In this document: positions 11,815 through 25,600 of the stretch, in pieces
How positions within the stretch are numbered: the first letter of the stretch is position 1
Layout: every line of letters starts with the position of its first letter
Assembly (NCBI GenBank): GCA_965287045.1
Contig: OZ336891.1
Span: 1,922,001-1,986,000 of the forward strand
Source: Carcharhinus amblyrhynchos
Taxonomy: Eukaryota
DNA length: 64,000 nt
Direction of reading: 5' to 3'
Notes under the pieces: generated by a model
What the model saw: only the letters and a program-made list of their open reading frames with translations
Database searches by the model: none
What the model was told of the DNA's origin: nothing
Program-made: the position numbers and the translations under genes

Positions 11815-12110
11815 CAGAACTAGGGGGTCATAAGGACCTTATAGAACGGACGTGAGGAGAAATTTCATCACCCAGAGGGTGGTGAATGTGTGGAATTCAC
11901 TCCCACAGAATGTAGTTGTGGTCAAAGTGTTGTCTGTTTTCAAAAAGGAATTAGATATAGGTTTTGAGGCTAAAGGATTCAAGGGATATGGGAGGAAGGG
12001 GGGGAATCAGGATATTGAATTTGATAATCAGCCATGATCAAAATGAATTGTGAAGCAAGCTCAAAAGGCTAAATGGCCTACTGCTGCTTCTAGTTTCCAA
12101 ATTTCTATGT
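11815..12110 (+). mobile_element. CR1 3' fragment
   Basis: ORF 11852-12037 RRNFITQRVVNVWNSLP. Confidence 0.9.
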
Positions 12111-12234
12111 AACATATAGCAATGAAATGAGTGACCAGCTTATCCACATTAGCTGTCATTTATTAAATTGTAAGTCATTGTTTAAGAAAGGATAGGGAAT
12201 TATTTTATTTATTTTGAAAAGGTCTTCTAAATTT

Positions 12235-12930
12235 AAAGCCATGGTTTGCTCATCTTGCTCCATGTGGGAAGCTGGGCACATTTCCAGTGCCCGGGACCAA
12301 CATGTGTGCAAGAAGAGTGTCCAGCTGCAGCTGATTTGACAAGAAAGTATTCAATGAAAAGAAGGACACTAGGGAGTTCTGTGGAACAAAGGGATGTTGG
12401 CATGTTTGTCCGCGGACCTCTGAAAGCTGAAGGGCATGTTAATAGGGTGGTGAGAAAGGCATATGGGATATTTGCCTTTATCAATCGAAGTGTAGATTTC
12501 AAAAGCAGAGAAATCATGTTGGAGTTGTGTAGAACTTTGGTGAGGCCACAGAGTACTGTGTGCAGTTCTGGTCACCCCATCATTGGAATGATGTGATTGC
12601 CCTGGAGGGGGTGCAGAAGAGATTCACCAGGGGGTTGACATTGCCTGGGATGGAACATTTAAGTTATGAAGAGAGGTTGGAAAGGCTTGGGTCATTTTCG
12701 TTGGAGCAGAGAAGACTGAAAGGCGACCTGATATAGGTGTACAGGATTATGAGGGACAATGGGCAGAACAGATAAGGAGCAGCTGTTCCCCTTATGTCAC
12801 GGGGGGGTGGACATAGGGTCAAGGTGAGGGGCAGGAGGTTAGGGGGAATGTGGGGAAAAACCCTTCTCCCAGAGGATGGTGACAGTCTGGAATGTGCTGC
12901 CTGGGAGGGTGGTAGAGGTGAATTGCCCAG
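12235..12930 (+). mobile_element. CR1 fragment: ORF1 zinc-finger piece joined to ORF2 3' piece
   Basis: CSSCSMWEAG...VCKK at 12247-12340, then ORF2-like RKAYGIFAFINRSVDFKSREIML. Confidence 0.75.
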
Positions 12931-13080
12931 AAACCTTCCCCCTTGGGAAAAATTCAGCAAACTTCAGTGAGCATTTCCTGGTCTCAATTCACTCTGAAGT
13001 GAAACCCGGTTTATTCTTAAAGGGACCAACATTTCTAATGCTGACATGAGACTAGTCTGACAACTTTAAATATCGTCTGG

Positions 13081-13517
13081 GAGGCATGCCTTATGAAGTT
13101 AGGTTGAGGGAGCTGGGACTCTTTTCCCTGGAGAGACGAAGGTTGAGAGGCGACCTGATAGAAGTTTACAAAATGTTGAGAGGGATAGATAGGGTGGACT
13201 CTCAGAGGCTATTTCCCCGGTTTGAAATGGTCGCTACGAGAGGACACAGATTTAAGGTGCGGGGAGGGAGGTTCAGAAGTGATGTTAGGGGTAAGTTTTT
13301 CACTCAGAGGGTGGTGAGTGAATGGAATCGGCTGCCGTCAGTGGTGGTGGAGGCGAACTCGCTGGGGTCTTTTAAAAGACTTCTGGATGAGTATATGGGG
13401 TTTAATGAGATTGAGGGTTATAGATAGGTCTGTAGGTTGGTAGGTGATGTGGTCGGCGCAACTTGTGGGCCGAAGGGCCTGTTTGTGCTGTAGTGTTCTA
13501 TGTTCTATGTTCTATAT
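13081..13517 (+). mobile_element. Young 5'-truncated CR1 copy (second subfamily)
   Basis: Intact ORF 13086-13427; (ttctatg)n tail; TSD gtctgg at 13075-13080 and 13518-13523. Confidence 0.92.
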
Positions 13518-13552
13518 GTCTGGAGTGACCAATGCAAATGGATTAATTATTT

Positions 13553-14195
13553 TGATTTGATTTGATTTACTATTGTCTCATGTATTAACATGACACAAAC
13601 ATGTCACAGTGAAAATATTGTTTCTTGTGCAGTTTGCAGACAAAGCATACTGTTCATAGAGAAGGAAACAAGAGAGTGCGGAATGTAGTGTTACAGCCAT
13701 AGCTAGGACGTAGCGGAAGATCAACTTAATGCAGGGTAAGTCCATTCAAAAGTCCGATGGCAGCAGGGAAGAAACTGTTCTTGAGTCAGTTGGTATGTGA
13801 CCTCAGGTTTCTGTATCTTTTTCCTGATGGAAGAAGGTGGAAGAGAGAATGTCTGGGGTGCGTGGGGTCCTTAATTACGCTGGCTGTTTGCCGAGGCAGT
13901 GGAAAACAGAGTCAATGGATGGGAGGCTGGTTTGCGTGATGGATTAGGCTACATTCACGATCTTTTGTAGTTTCTTGCAATCTTGGGCAGAACAGGAGCC
14001 ATACCAAGCTGTGATACAACTTGGTATGGTGCATCTGTAGAAGTTGGTGAAAGTCATAGCTGACATACCAAATTTCCTTAGTTCTCTGAGAAAGTAGAGG
14101 CATTGGTGGGCTTTCTTAACTATAGTGTCGGCATCGGGGAAACGAGGACAGGTTGTTGGTGATCTGGACACCTAAAAACTTGAAGCTCTTGACCT
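13553..14195 (-). mobile_element. Rex1/Babar LINE 3' fragment
   Basis: KKAHQCLYFLRELRKFGMSAMTFTNFYRCTI...CITAWYG; (gattt)n tail. Confidence 0.85.
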
Positions 14196-15250
14196 TGCAT
14201 CCACCCAAGGCGTTCGCAGACTCCAGTTTGAGAACAATTGGTTAAGCAAACCACTAATCATTAATAACACTTCCTTTACACAGACTGCAGCAATTCAGGA
14301 AGATAACTCAACTCCCACATCCTTAGAGCAGCTAACAATCGCCCTAAAAACCTGCCTGGCCAGCTTCAGCAAATTGAAATAAGTCTCTTATCTTTATAAT
14401 TGCTCTCCCTCTGTTCATTACTTTGTGCTGTACCATGCTCAGCTTGATGCTGTCCCTGTATCGGGAGTTAAGTACAACCTGCAACCTGGATATTAGTTTC
14501 AATGTGTAATTGTCCTGCTCCACTGGAAATGTGGAATTCTAATAACTGGCACAGGCAGGGAGACAGTTTCTGATGGATAGGCAGAGAGAGCGTAAAAGCC
14601 ACAGCAATTCATTGATAGGCTGATCTGTACCTCAGAGGAATTCAGCATCTGCTGTCAGTATCCAGAGTTATCGATATTGAGGCATATCCGAGGCATCGCT
14701 TTCCCTAGAGCTGTGAATATCATTGAAAGGGTCAAGATCCATTTGTGTGGAGATTGGCAGTGGTAGGGGGTTGGGGGAGGTCGGGGGGTGATGTGGCTGA
14801 ATAAATAATGAAAGGCTTAATTGTATTCAGCGTCTCTTCTCTTTTCCTCATCAGCATCTTTTATTCCTGTTGCTATTTCCCTATATCCCTCCTTCTCTCT
14901 CCCTCCCCAAAGGATTTTGTACTGAGTGCAATGGGCTCGGGGGAACAGGTGACTTTGGGCCTCTGTTTCCCAAAGCTCTCCATCACATGGAGTTTTCCTC
15001 ACCTCTTGTCTGTCTCTGTTGTCGACTCGTTGATGGAGGTTTCTCACTGTGATTCATCAATAACTGCAGTTTCGTTGTATCAGGTGACTTTAACGAAAGA
15101 AGGTGAACCTTGGTCTTATTTTCTTTAGAAATTGCGATGCTATTGTGGACAAAATATTTTTTTTCTCTCTTTCTGGAGCATGGTAGGGTGATTGGGGGAA
15201 GTATTTGGGATGAAGTGATGGATAAGATCACGAAATAAATCACGATAAGA

Positions 15251-16243
15251 TCAGCTATTTACCATTTATATAGATGATCTGGAGGAGGGAACCGAGTGCA
15301 GGGTGTCGAAATTTGCTGATGACACCAAGATTGGGGGAAAGGCAAATTGTGCGGAGGGTGTGGAGAGTCTGCAGAAGGATCTAGATAGGCTGGGCGAATG
15401 GGCCAGGAAATGGCAAATGGAATTTAATGTTGGCAAGTGTGAGGTGGTCCACTTTGGTAGGAAGAATGGTAGGAAGGACTATTACTTACGTGGCGAAAAA
15501 CTGCAGCAGGCGACGGTGCAGAGGGACCTCGGGGTCCTTGTGCATGAGTCGCAAAAACCCAGCTTGCAGGTGCAGCAGGTGGTCAGGAAGGCGAATGGGA
15601 TGCTGGCCTTCATAGCGAGGGGGATTGAATATAAAAGTAGGGAGGTCTTGCTGCAGCTGTATAGGGCATTGGTGAGGCCACAGCTGGAGTACTGTGTGCA
15701 GTTTTGGGCGCCGCACCTGCGCAAGGATATTTTGGCCCTGGAGGGAGTGCAGAGGAGGTTTACTAGGCTGATACCGGAGTTGAGGGGATTGAGCTATGAG
15801 GAGAGGCTGAATAAACTAGGCTTGTACTCGTTAGAGTTTAGAAGAATGAGGGGAGATCTCATTGAGACGTATAAGATGATGAATGGGATGGATAGGATAG
15901 AGGTGGAGAGACTCTTCCCGCTCAAAAAAGACAGTAGGACTAGGGGGCACAGCCTCAAGATAAAGGGGAGGCGGTTTAGAACGGAGTTGAGGAGGAACTT
16001 CTTCACTCAAAGGGTGGTGAATCTCTGGAATTCTCTGCCCGTTGAAGTGGTGGAGGCTGCCTCGCTAAATATTTTTAAGAAGCGGGTTGATGGGTTCTTG
16101 ATAAGAGAGGGGATTAAGGGTTATGGGGAGAGGGTGGGAAAGTGGAACTGAGCCACAACAGATCAGCCATGATCTTATTGAATGGCGGGGCAGGCTCGAA
16201 GGGCTAGATGGCCTACTCCTGCTCCTATTTCTTATGTTCTTAT
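15251..16243 (+). mobile_element. Young 5'-truncated CR1 copy A
   Basis: Intact RT C-terminal ORF (KFADDTK) 15303-16151; (ttatgttc)n tail; TSD gaaata at 15232-15237 and 16244-16249. Confidence 0.95.
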
Positions 16244-17125
16244 GAAATAGTTACTTAATAGTTAATGAATCTATTCAGATCCTCCTCCCCAATTGTCTCT
16301 ACAGAATTGAGGGGATTAGTGACAGAAACTATTTTTTGTGTGGGTAGAGTTCAGATCAAGAGGGGCTCAACCTTTAAGTTAGAGCTAGGGTGATCAAGGG
16401 TGAGGTTAGGAAGTACTTCCTCACACAGAAGATAATGGAAATCAGGATGTCAAAGTGCTTTGGGTGGAGATGAGGAATGATAAATGCAAGAAGTGATCTG
16501 TAGGAGTGTGGTTCAGGCCCCTAATTGTAACTACACAGCGTATAAAGGGAGAGATAATAGGAGCTTGTTAGAAGGTGTGGCAATAATCATGGCAGACTTT
16601 AATCCACATATAAGTTGGAAAAAACAGATGGGTAAGGTAGTCTAACTGAGGAGTTCATAAAATGTTACATACTGTACTCGACCTGATTTTGACCAATGAG
16701 ATAAGATTAATTAATGACATCAGAGTGAAAGCACCCCACGGGAACAGTGATCGTAATATGATTGAATTTTACATTCAACTGGAGAGAGAGAAAAGTGGAT
16801 ATAGGACTAATATTTTAAACTTAATAATGTCAATTGCAAGAGAATGAAAGCAGAGCTACTGAAAGTGAACTGGCAAAAGAGGTTAAGGGATGGATAAGCA
16901 GAGGTGTGGTGACAGACGTTTAAGGGGATATTTCATAATGCACAGAATTGATACATTCTGACAAGGAAAAATTCTGTGGGAAGGACCCTTTATCTGAGGT
17001 TAGCTAAAAAAAGTTAAAGATATTAATAAGCTCGAAGAAAAACCAGTTAATTGCAAAAGGGTAACTGGCAGGTCAGAAGATTGGACTAAATATAAACAGC
17101 AACAAAAGTGGCTAAAAGCTGAGTA

Positions 17126-17231
17126 CAGCAAGTAGTCTCACAACACCAGTTTATAACCTAACAGGTTTATTTGGTAGCACGAGCTTTCGGAGCGTTGCCC
17201 CTTCATCGAGTGAGTCACTCACTCCACATCA
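17126..17231 (-). mobile_element. Penelope-like terminal fragment with degenerate hammerhead motif
   Basis: cagcaagtagtctcacaacacc...gagctttcggagc...cttcatc; near-TSD taaaagctgagta (17113) / taaaagctgaata (17232). Confidence 0.75.
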
Positions 17232-17837
17232 TAAAAGCTGAATAAGAAGTGAAAATAGAAGATGAGCGAAAGATAGCTTGAAATATAAAGATAGACAATA
17301 AGAGTTTCTCCAATATTTAAAATAAAGTTAAGAAAGTGAGCATAGCACTTTAGAAAGTGAGCCTAGGGAATTAATAAAGGAAAGTAAGGAGATGGCAGGT
17401 GAATTAAACAGGCATTTTGCATTAATCTTCATTATAGAGGAAACAAGTAACAAAAAGGCAAGGAGACAGTCAGCAGGAAACAACAATTAACAACTTAACA
17501 GCTTAATAACTTCTATGGGAAGGTGTCAGAAATTATCATGAAAGATATTATAACAGCGCACTTAGATAAATTCAAGGCAGAGTCAACATGGTTTTGTGAA
17601 AGGGAAATCATGTTTAATCAATTTATTAGAGTTCTTTGAAGAATTAACATATGCTGCGAATGAAGGGGAATCAGCAGATGTACTGTACTTAGATTCCCAT
17701 AGCGCATTTGATAAAGTACAACATCGAAGGTTATTTTGGAAGACGAAAGCTCATGATGTAGGGGATAACATATTTCATGGATAGAAGATTGGCTAGCCAA
17801 CAGGAAACAAAGCAACCATAAATGGGTGGTTTTCTGG

Positions 17838-18040
17838 TTATAGAGTCATAGAGGTTTACAGCATGGAAACAGGCCCTTCGGCCCAAATTGTCCGTGCCAC
17901 CCTTTGTTTTGAAAACCCCTAAGCTAGTCCCAATTGCCCGCATTTGGCCCATATCCTTCTAAACCCATCTTATCCATTTAACTGTCTAAACACTTTTTAA
18001 AAGACAAAATTGTACCTGCTTAAAAGACAAAATTGTACCC
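17838..18040 (-). mobile_element. CR1 3' end fragment
   Basis: tagagtcatagaggtttacagcatggaaacaggcccttcggccc, the same family as 29147, 42225 and 63470. Confidence 0.85.
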
Positions 18041-19241
18041 GTGGGTTGGCAAGAGGAATGAGTGGTGTGGCACAGGGATCAGTGCTGGGGTTTCAACTAT
18101 TTATCATTTATATAACTGATTTGGACGAAGGGACTAAAAGTATGGTTGCTAGGTTTGCTGATGACACAAAGATAGGTAAGAAAGTAAGCTGTGAAGAGAA
18201 CATAAGGAGGCTACAAAGGGATATGGACAAGCTAGGGAAGTGGGCAAGATCTGGCAAATGGAATATAATGTGAAGTTGTCCATTTTGGCAGCAAGATTAA
18301 AAAAACCCTATTGTATAAATGGTGAGAGATTTGGGTGATCTAGTGAGGTGAGGGATCTGGGTGATCTAGTGCATGAATTTCAAAAAGCTAGTATGCAGGT
18401 ACAGTAAGGAATTAGGAAAGCTAATAGAACGTTATTGTTTATTTCAAGGGGAATTGATTATAAAAGTAGAGAGGTTTTCCTTCAGTCTCAGGGTATTGAT
18501 GAGAACAATCTGTATGATCTGACTGTAAACTTACACCTTTACCCAGGTACTTTTCTTGGTATGACAAATCAAAGGATAGGAGTCAACTCAATACGCTTAA
18601 AACAAACTGTTTCTCTTTATTCAATACTTTAGGTGCCAATAATTAATACAAACTCACAATTGCAACACTTCAACTCAATTAATTTTAACTTTTTAACTCT
18701 GATGGAAAAAAAATGCTACCCAGTTTGAGCGAACCAGCCAGGCTGCTCTCCGATGTAGATCTTCTCTCATGGCTCTTTGTCTTCTCTGAAGACAATCTTC
18801 ATGAAGGTGAATCTCGTGTTTTCGCTGAAGACAAAGTCTCAAACACCTCTTTTTATCCTAAAATGCCTTGCATTTTTCCAGAAAATTCTCTGGCACTCAG
18901 CTAATGATTTCACTGAAACTGATTACAATGTTCAATTATAGCCAATAGTTACTCATAAACAACTCCCAAATATTTATACCAAGCTGTATGTAAATGACAT
19001 AACCTCACCATATATGGTACTAATGACTCCAGGGTGTCTCGCATCAACCGAAACATCCTTATTTGGCCAACACAGGAAGTGTCAGGTCATAGCTCATAGG
19101 CCAGGTCGTGACTCTCTGCAGCCTTTCTGACCTGCACCTGTCTTTACTTATAACTTGACCAAAATTCCCAACATGTTTGACTCTTGTTGTCATTGTTATT
19201 GCTGTTGGCCACCCAGCCACATCTGGATTGTTGTGTACAGT

Positions 19242-20594
19242 AATTGCGAGGCATCTTGAAGGGAATTGCTTGATAGGGCGGACGCAACACGGTTTCATTA
19301 AAGGGAAGTCGTGTCTGACAAATTTACTGGAGTTCTATGAGGATGTGTCTAGGGCAGTGGATAGAGGAGAGCCGGTGGATGTGGTCTTTCTGGATTTTCA
19401 GAAGGCGTTTGACAAGGTACCTCACAAGAGGTTATTGCAGAAGGTCAGGGGACATGGAGTTGGGGGTAGGGTGTTAGCGTGGATAGAGGATTGGTTGTCA
19501 AATAGGAGGCAGAGAGTGGGGGTCAATGGGTGCTATTCGGATTGGCGGTTGGTGACTAGTGGGGTGCCCCAGGGGTCGGTGCTGGGGCCTCAGCTATTTA
19601 CCATTTATATAGATGATCTGGAGGAGGGAACCGAGTGCAGGGTGTCGAAATTTGCTGATGACACCAAGATTGGGGGAAAGGCAAATTGTGCGGAGGGTGT
19701 GGAGAGTCTGCAGAAGGATCTAGATAGGCTGGGCGAATGGGCCAGGAAATGGCAAATGGAATTTAATGTTGGCAAGTGTGAGGTGGTCCACTTTGGTAGG
19801 AAGAATGGTAGGAAGGACTATTACTTACGTGGCGAAAAACTGCAGCAGGCGACGGTGCAGAGGGACCTCGGGGTCCTTGTGCATGAGTCGCAAAAACCCA
19901 GCTTGCAGGTGCAGCAGGTGGTCAGGAAGGCGAATGGGATGCTGGCCTTCATAGCGAGGGGGATTGAATATAAAAGTAGGGAGGTCTTGCTGCAGCTGTA
20001 TAGGGCATTGGTGAGGCCGCAGCTGGAGTACTGTGTGCAGTTTTGGGCGCCGCACCTGCGCAAGGATATTTTGGCCCTGGAGGGAGTGCAGAGGAGGTTT
20101 ACTAGGCTGATACCGGAGTTGAGGGGATTGAGCTATGAGGAGAGGCTGAATAAACTAGGCTTGTACTCGTTAGAGTTTAGAAGAATGAGGGGAGATCTCA
20201 TTGAGACGTATAAGATGATGAATGGGATGGATAGGATAGAGGTGGAGAGACTCTTCCCGCTCAAAAAAGACAGTAGGACTAGGGGGCACAGCCTCAAGAT
20301 AAAGGGGGGGCGGTTTAGAACGGAGTTGAGGAGGAACTTCTTCACTCAAAGGGTGGTGAATCTCTGGAATTCTCTGCCCGTTGAAGTGGTGGAGGCTGCC
20401 TCGCTAAATATTTTTAAGAAGCGGGTTGATGGGTTCTTGATAAGAGAGGGGATTAAGGTTATGGGGAGAGGGCGGGAAAGTGGAACTGAGCCACAACAGA
20501 TCAGCCATGATCTTATTGAATGGCGGGGCAGGCTCGAAGGGCTAGATGGCCTACTCCTGCTCCTATTTCTTATGTTCTTATGTTCTTATGTTCT
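19242..20594 (+). mobile_element. Young 5'-truncated CR1 copy B
   Basis: ORF 19177-20601 with QHGF, DFQKAFDKV, GVPQGSVLGP, FADD; near-identical to copy A; a 1-nt deletion near 20458 shifts the C-terminus. Confidence 0.95.
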
Positions 20595-20867
20595 TATTTA
20601 AGGAAGGAAGAGAGATTCCTCTCTTAGAGGAGGAAACATTGGAAGCAGCTCAGAGAATGTTTACTAGATTGATACCAGGAATGGATGGATTGTCTTATGA
20701 GGAAAGACTGGACAGAGTAGGCTTGTATCCACTGGGGTTTAGAAGAATAAGAGGTGACTTGATTGAAAGATTTAAGATCCTGAAGGGCATTGACAGGGTG
20801 GATGTGGAGAGGTTTCCATTTGTGAGAGAATCTAAAACTGGGTTCAAGGCGGGACTGATACAAGTTC

Positions 20868-21225
20868 AGGGGGAGACAGTGGCATGGTGGTATTTTCACT
20901 GGACTAGTAATCCAGTGACACAGGGCAAAGCCCTGGGGACCTGAGTTCAAATCCCACCATGGCAAATGGTGAAATTTGAATTTAATAAAAAAATCTGGAA
21001 TTAAAAGTCTAATGGTGACCATGCAACCATTGTCGATTGGCGTATAAACTCATCTGGTTCACTAATGTCCTTTAGAGAAGGAAATCTGCCACACTCACCT
21101 GGTCTGGCCTACATGTGACTTCAGGTCAACAGCAATGTGGTTGATTCTTAAATCTCCTCAGGGATAGGAATAAATGATGGTCCAGCCCAGTGATGCTCAC
21201 ATCCCACGAATGAATAAATAATGAA
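20868..21225 (+). mobile_element. Second tRNA-derived SINE family
   Basis: Box A/B-like head gtggcatggtggt...gagttcaaatccc; tail gggataggaataaatg; related copy at 56793-57160. Confidence 0.75.
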
Positions 21226-21719
21226 AAGACTGTCTAACTCAATCACAACTTCCTCTGAATTGTATTCTATGGTTTTGGAAATGATTACTTCACATCCGAT
21301 TGGATTATTGACTGCAGCTCTGTATTGAGTGTATTATGTGCAACAGCTCCAGGTTCTTGGCAATTTCAGCACCATTAAGTCTATGTGTCATCATCACTTC
21401 CTTCCAGTAATTTTTTGACATTCCTACAACTGTGAAAACTCTCCTGTAGCGTACTGGGAGAAAACAAGAGTTAGGAATAAAGCCTACACTTTGAGGCGAA
21501 AGTAGCCCCTGGAAAAATACATTGGACGGAAGTTTCCGGCATTGTCAAGACCGGGGTGGGGTTGTAAAGTGTGGCGAACTACACAAAGATCCATTGACTT
21601 GGGTGGGACTGGAAAACCCTGCCAGCGGGAGGAGCAGTAAAATCCCGGACACTGTGCTGTAGGATTTTCCAACTCAATGAGGGAGAATTGTAAAACATGT
21701 CACTCCTAAGAAATGTACT

Positions 21720-22292
21720 GGAGCAACTCACCAAGTCTTTCTCGACAATAACTCCCAAACTTACAACCTCCACCATGTAGAAGGCAAGGCAGCAAGGTTC
21801 CCTCCAAGTCGCACACCATTCGGACTTGGAATTATATTGCTGTTCCTTTGCTATCTCTGGGTCAAACTCCTGGGACTCCCTTCCTTGCAACACTGAGGGT
21901 GTATCTTCACCACACCTACAGCACTGGTTCAAGCTGATGGTTTATCTTCTCAAAGGAAATAGGGGGTGAGCAATAAATGACCTTATTGGCTATGCCCTCA
22001 TTACATGAATGACAGCACCTTCCAAATCCATGACCACTTCCATCGAAGAAGGACAAGGGCAACAGATAAATGGGATCACCACCATCTACAAGTTCCAATC
22101 CTGACTTGGAAATATATCCTTTGCATTCACTGGGTCAAAATCATGGAATTCTCTTTCAAAAGGCATTGTGGGTCAACCCACAGCACATAAACTGGAGCAA
22201 TTCAAGAAGGCAACTCACTACCACCTTCTCAAGGGCAACTAGGGATGGACAATAAACGCTGGCCAGCCAGTGATATCCACGATTTAATAAAA
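21720..22292 (+). mobile_element. Two tandem LINE 3' fragments sharing their tail with the second SINE family
   Basis: gggtcaaaatc...ttcaagaaggcaactcactaccaccttctcaagggcaactagggatgg; a further copy at 46180-46340. Confidence 0.65.
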
Positions 22293-22330
22293 AATACATG
22301 AGAGATAATAACACATGGGGTGAGTCCATT

Positions 22331-22628
22331 TCATAGAATCCCAGCAGTGCAGACGGAGGCCATTTGGCCCATTGAGCCTGCACCAGCTCTCTCTCCCCCG
22401 TTCATTTACCATGGCTAATCCCTACACATATTGGGACACTAAAGGGCAATTTACCATGGCTAATCCACCTAACCTGCACATCTTTGGAGTGTGGGAGGAA
22501 AATGGAGCACCCAGAGGAAACCCCACGCAGACATGGGGAGAATGTGCAGACTCCACACCTAAGGCCGGAATTGAACCCAAGTCCCTTGGTGCTATGCGGT
22601 AGCAGTGCTAACCACTGTGCAACCGTCA
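22331..22628 (-). mobile_element. HE1-like SINE (CR1/HER1-like tail)
   Basis: Reverse-complement head, central domain and catagaatccc tail. Confidence 0.85.
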
Positions 22629-25600
22629 CAAGAGGATGGAGGTTACAGAAGACTTTGATGAACTAGTACAGCCTGTGTGTATCTCATATGAAATATATCT
22701 TCTAATAAACTCTGCACAGACACGCACAGTGAGCAGCTGGACCTACGCTCTCAGGCTGAATCCCAGAAATTGATGAACTGCGGTGTAGCCTCTCTGGACC
22801 CTGCAGCTTTTGTGAATGAGATCAGCTCACATCAGCAGGGACATTACAAACTGTCCCAGCAGCTCTCTGCCTGTGTAATGATGGATGGTATCTCTGCTTA
22901 GCTGAGTAAGAAATCACCTCTGGACTACTGCATCCATCTGCAAATCCCTACTTGTTATGGATTTAAGACCTGGCTCTATGATAGGAGGTCAGATGCTTGT
23001 TATTTCATAAAAAATACATTTTAAAAGAAAATTCAATTTACGTTCATTTTACAGATCATGTTTCTGCCTCATTGCCATCTGTCCTCCGTCTCCCACACAC
23101 AATCTGTGCAATTGCTCTCGGAGAGGGGAGGGGGGTGCTGGGGGGGCAGCACAGGTCAGTTCAGGGTCAACATCATTTCTGTTCTTGAACAATCACAGTA
23201 AATAATTCACCTCCAGATCCGACAAGGTGCGAGTGCGGATAGAAAAGGGGAATAAAGTGTAAAATGAGGTTTATCTTTCACACAACAGCACGGGCTATTT
23301 AAACAAGGAAGTGATGTTGGGATAAAAACAGAAAGAGCTGGAAACATTCTGCCGCCAAGCAGAATCTGTGGACAGAGGGGGAAACAGGGTTTTAACTTGT
23401 TGAAAATCCACTCGTTTGCACAAAGTTAGAATCCAGCCAGGTCCCTCGCCAGCGCTGTGAGATGTTGGAAGTTGAACAGTTTTTAAGGAAGTGCAGAGCC
23501 ATGGAAATGTTGGGGGAGCAGGGAGAGACTGCTGCTGCCTTACATTTGGGTCGCTTTGCTACATTAAAGGTGCTATATAAAATGCAAGTTGTTGTTGTCC
23601 CTCCGTAACATGAACTGAATAACATCCTTGCAACTTAGAACAGCTCAATCACAGAATCACCCAGTGCAGAAGAGACCCTTCAGCCTGTCGAGTCTGTACT
23701 AACCTATGAGAATACCTGAACTACCACCTAATCCCATCTACCAGCACTTGGCCCGTAGCCTTGAATGTTATGACGTGTCAAGTGCTTATCCAAATACTTC
23801 AAGTTCACAGCAGTCCCATAACACATTTGCTGCCCTGGACCTTGTCTGAGATGTGGAGATGCCGCTGTTGGACAGTGTTGTGAGACTTCTTACTCTGCCT
23901 GAGTTCAGTTCCTGCGGAACGACTCCAGGGCCTCTCTCTGCCTGTTATTTGGGAGAGACTGGACTTTATTACAGACTTTGAAGGGTTAAGTGGATCTGCA
24001 ATGGATAAGCTTGTGGTTTAGCACAGCAAATAATGCAGAAAACTACAGCAGCCTCAGCTGTGTTTGCTGTCAGCCGTGTCCCAGCTTTCTCTTCCTTATC
24101 TTTTCTCATTTACTCGCTTAGAAACCTGCTCATTTTGTTTTCAGGGCAGGCTGGGCTGGGCACCGCTATCACAAGTATTAATAGGTGCCTCAGCTGTGCC
24201 TTCAGAGATGGTGCACTGCGTGCGAACTCACCCGCAGTGCTAATGATGAAGGCAGGATGAAAAGATTAACATGATGCAATGAAGTGCTTGCAGTAGGCCG
24301 CAGTTAGGCAGAGGATTAGAGCCGTGGTCATTACAGCATTGCTTCATGATCCCAGTGCCTGTGCCTATGGCTACATTTCTAGGCTTGTTTTTGGAACACA
24401 TTGCACAATCATGGACCTTCTCTCCGCTGCCCACGTTCCCATCCGCGTCCACTGAAATCTAATGTGTCGTTATTTCTGAGAACTAGCTGTGCATAAATTG
24501 GCTACTGCCTGCTTCTTACAATACAAGTGTCTGCACTTCCTCAGCACTTTATTGGCTGCAAACAATTTAATTGGAATATCCTGTGGTCATGGGAAGCACT
24601 ATATAATTGCAAGTTCTTTTTTTCATTGGTAACAAGAGAAATTTAAACTAATCACAAAAAGAATCATGCAGCTGGTTCGAAAGGAATCTCTGCACACTGG
24701 GGGGTGTTTCGAACATGGAAACGCTATCAAAAGCAGCAGCTGAAATAGGCCCCAAAATAATTGCAAATGGGATTTAAAGAAACATTTTCAAGGTGTGGGC
24801 ATTTATTGTCCATTCTGTCGTTGTCCTGAGAGGGTGGTGTTTGGATGCTGACTTCGGTGGACAGTCAATGTTAACGTGGTCTGGAGTCACGTGTCAGCCC
24901 AGACCAAAAAAGAAACAGAAGGTTCCTTCCCTAAAGGACAACCAAATTGAACCAAATGGATTTTAATCACAATCCAGAAGTTTCTTGCTCACTTGTCCTG
25001 ATGTCGGTGTTTAATTCTGGAGCTGATTTCAGATTGACTAACTGCCATGGTGGGAATTGTTATCTGAATTCATGGTCAGGGAACATAATTGTTACACTAT
25101 TGTGTTCCCAGTGTTTCTCGAAAAGATGAATGTTAAAGGACAAAAGTGTAGATTAGGTGGATTGACCATGCTAAATTGCCCCTTAGTGTCCGAAGATGTG
25201 CAGTTCAAGTGGATTAGCCATGGTAAGTGTGTAGGGTTGTGGGGGAGAGGGTCTGGGTAATATACTCTGTCAGAGGGGTCAGTGTAGATTTGATGCACTG
25301 AATAGCCTCATCTGCACACGAGAGATTCTATGATTCGATGAAAAGATTGAGATTAGACTGTGTAGCAGATTAAAGAATGGGAAGAGTGAAGGAGTGAATG
25401 GGATTAGACTTGATGGGATGCAGAAGGGCATGGGAACTGAGTAGGATTGTGTTTGTATATGAAAAATACTATCAGAGACTCGGGCTGAATGACCTAGCTC
25501 CTTGCTGTATCGCACCATGACCCAGATTTCCATTCAGAGTTCTTAGTTGATGTCTTATCGCACTGTGGAACTAAGTCACAGAATTTTCAGGGATCTCAAA

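Larger units (their letters stand above)
16490..20840 (+). mobile_element. Old degenerate CR1 ORF2 (EN-RT) hosting several nested insertions
   Basis: LDLILTNE..., KGKSCLINLLEFFEE, GVAQGSVLG, RFADDTK fragments; host resumes at 19216-19241 and at 20595. Confidence 0.85.

Noticed and set aside
19177-20601. 474-aa ORF as a host gene or domesticated reverse transcriptase
   Set aside because: It is a 5'-truncated young CR1; the start lies in flanking DNA and the extended C-terminus comes from a 1-nt deletion
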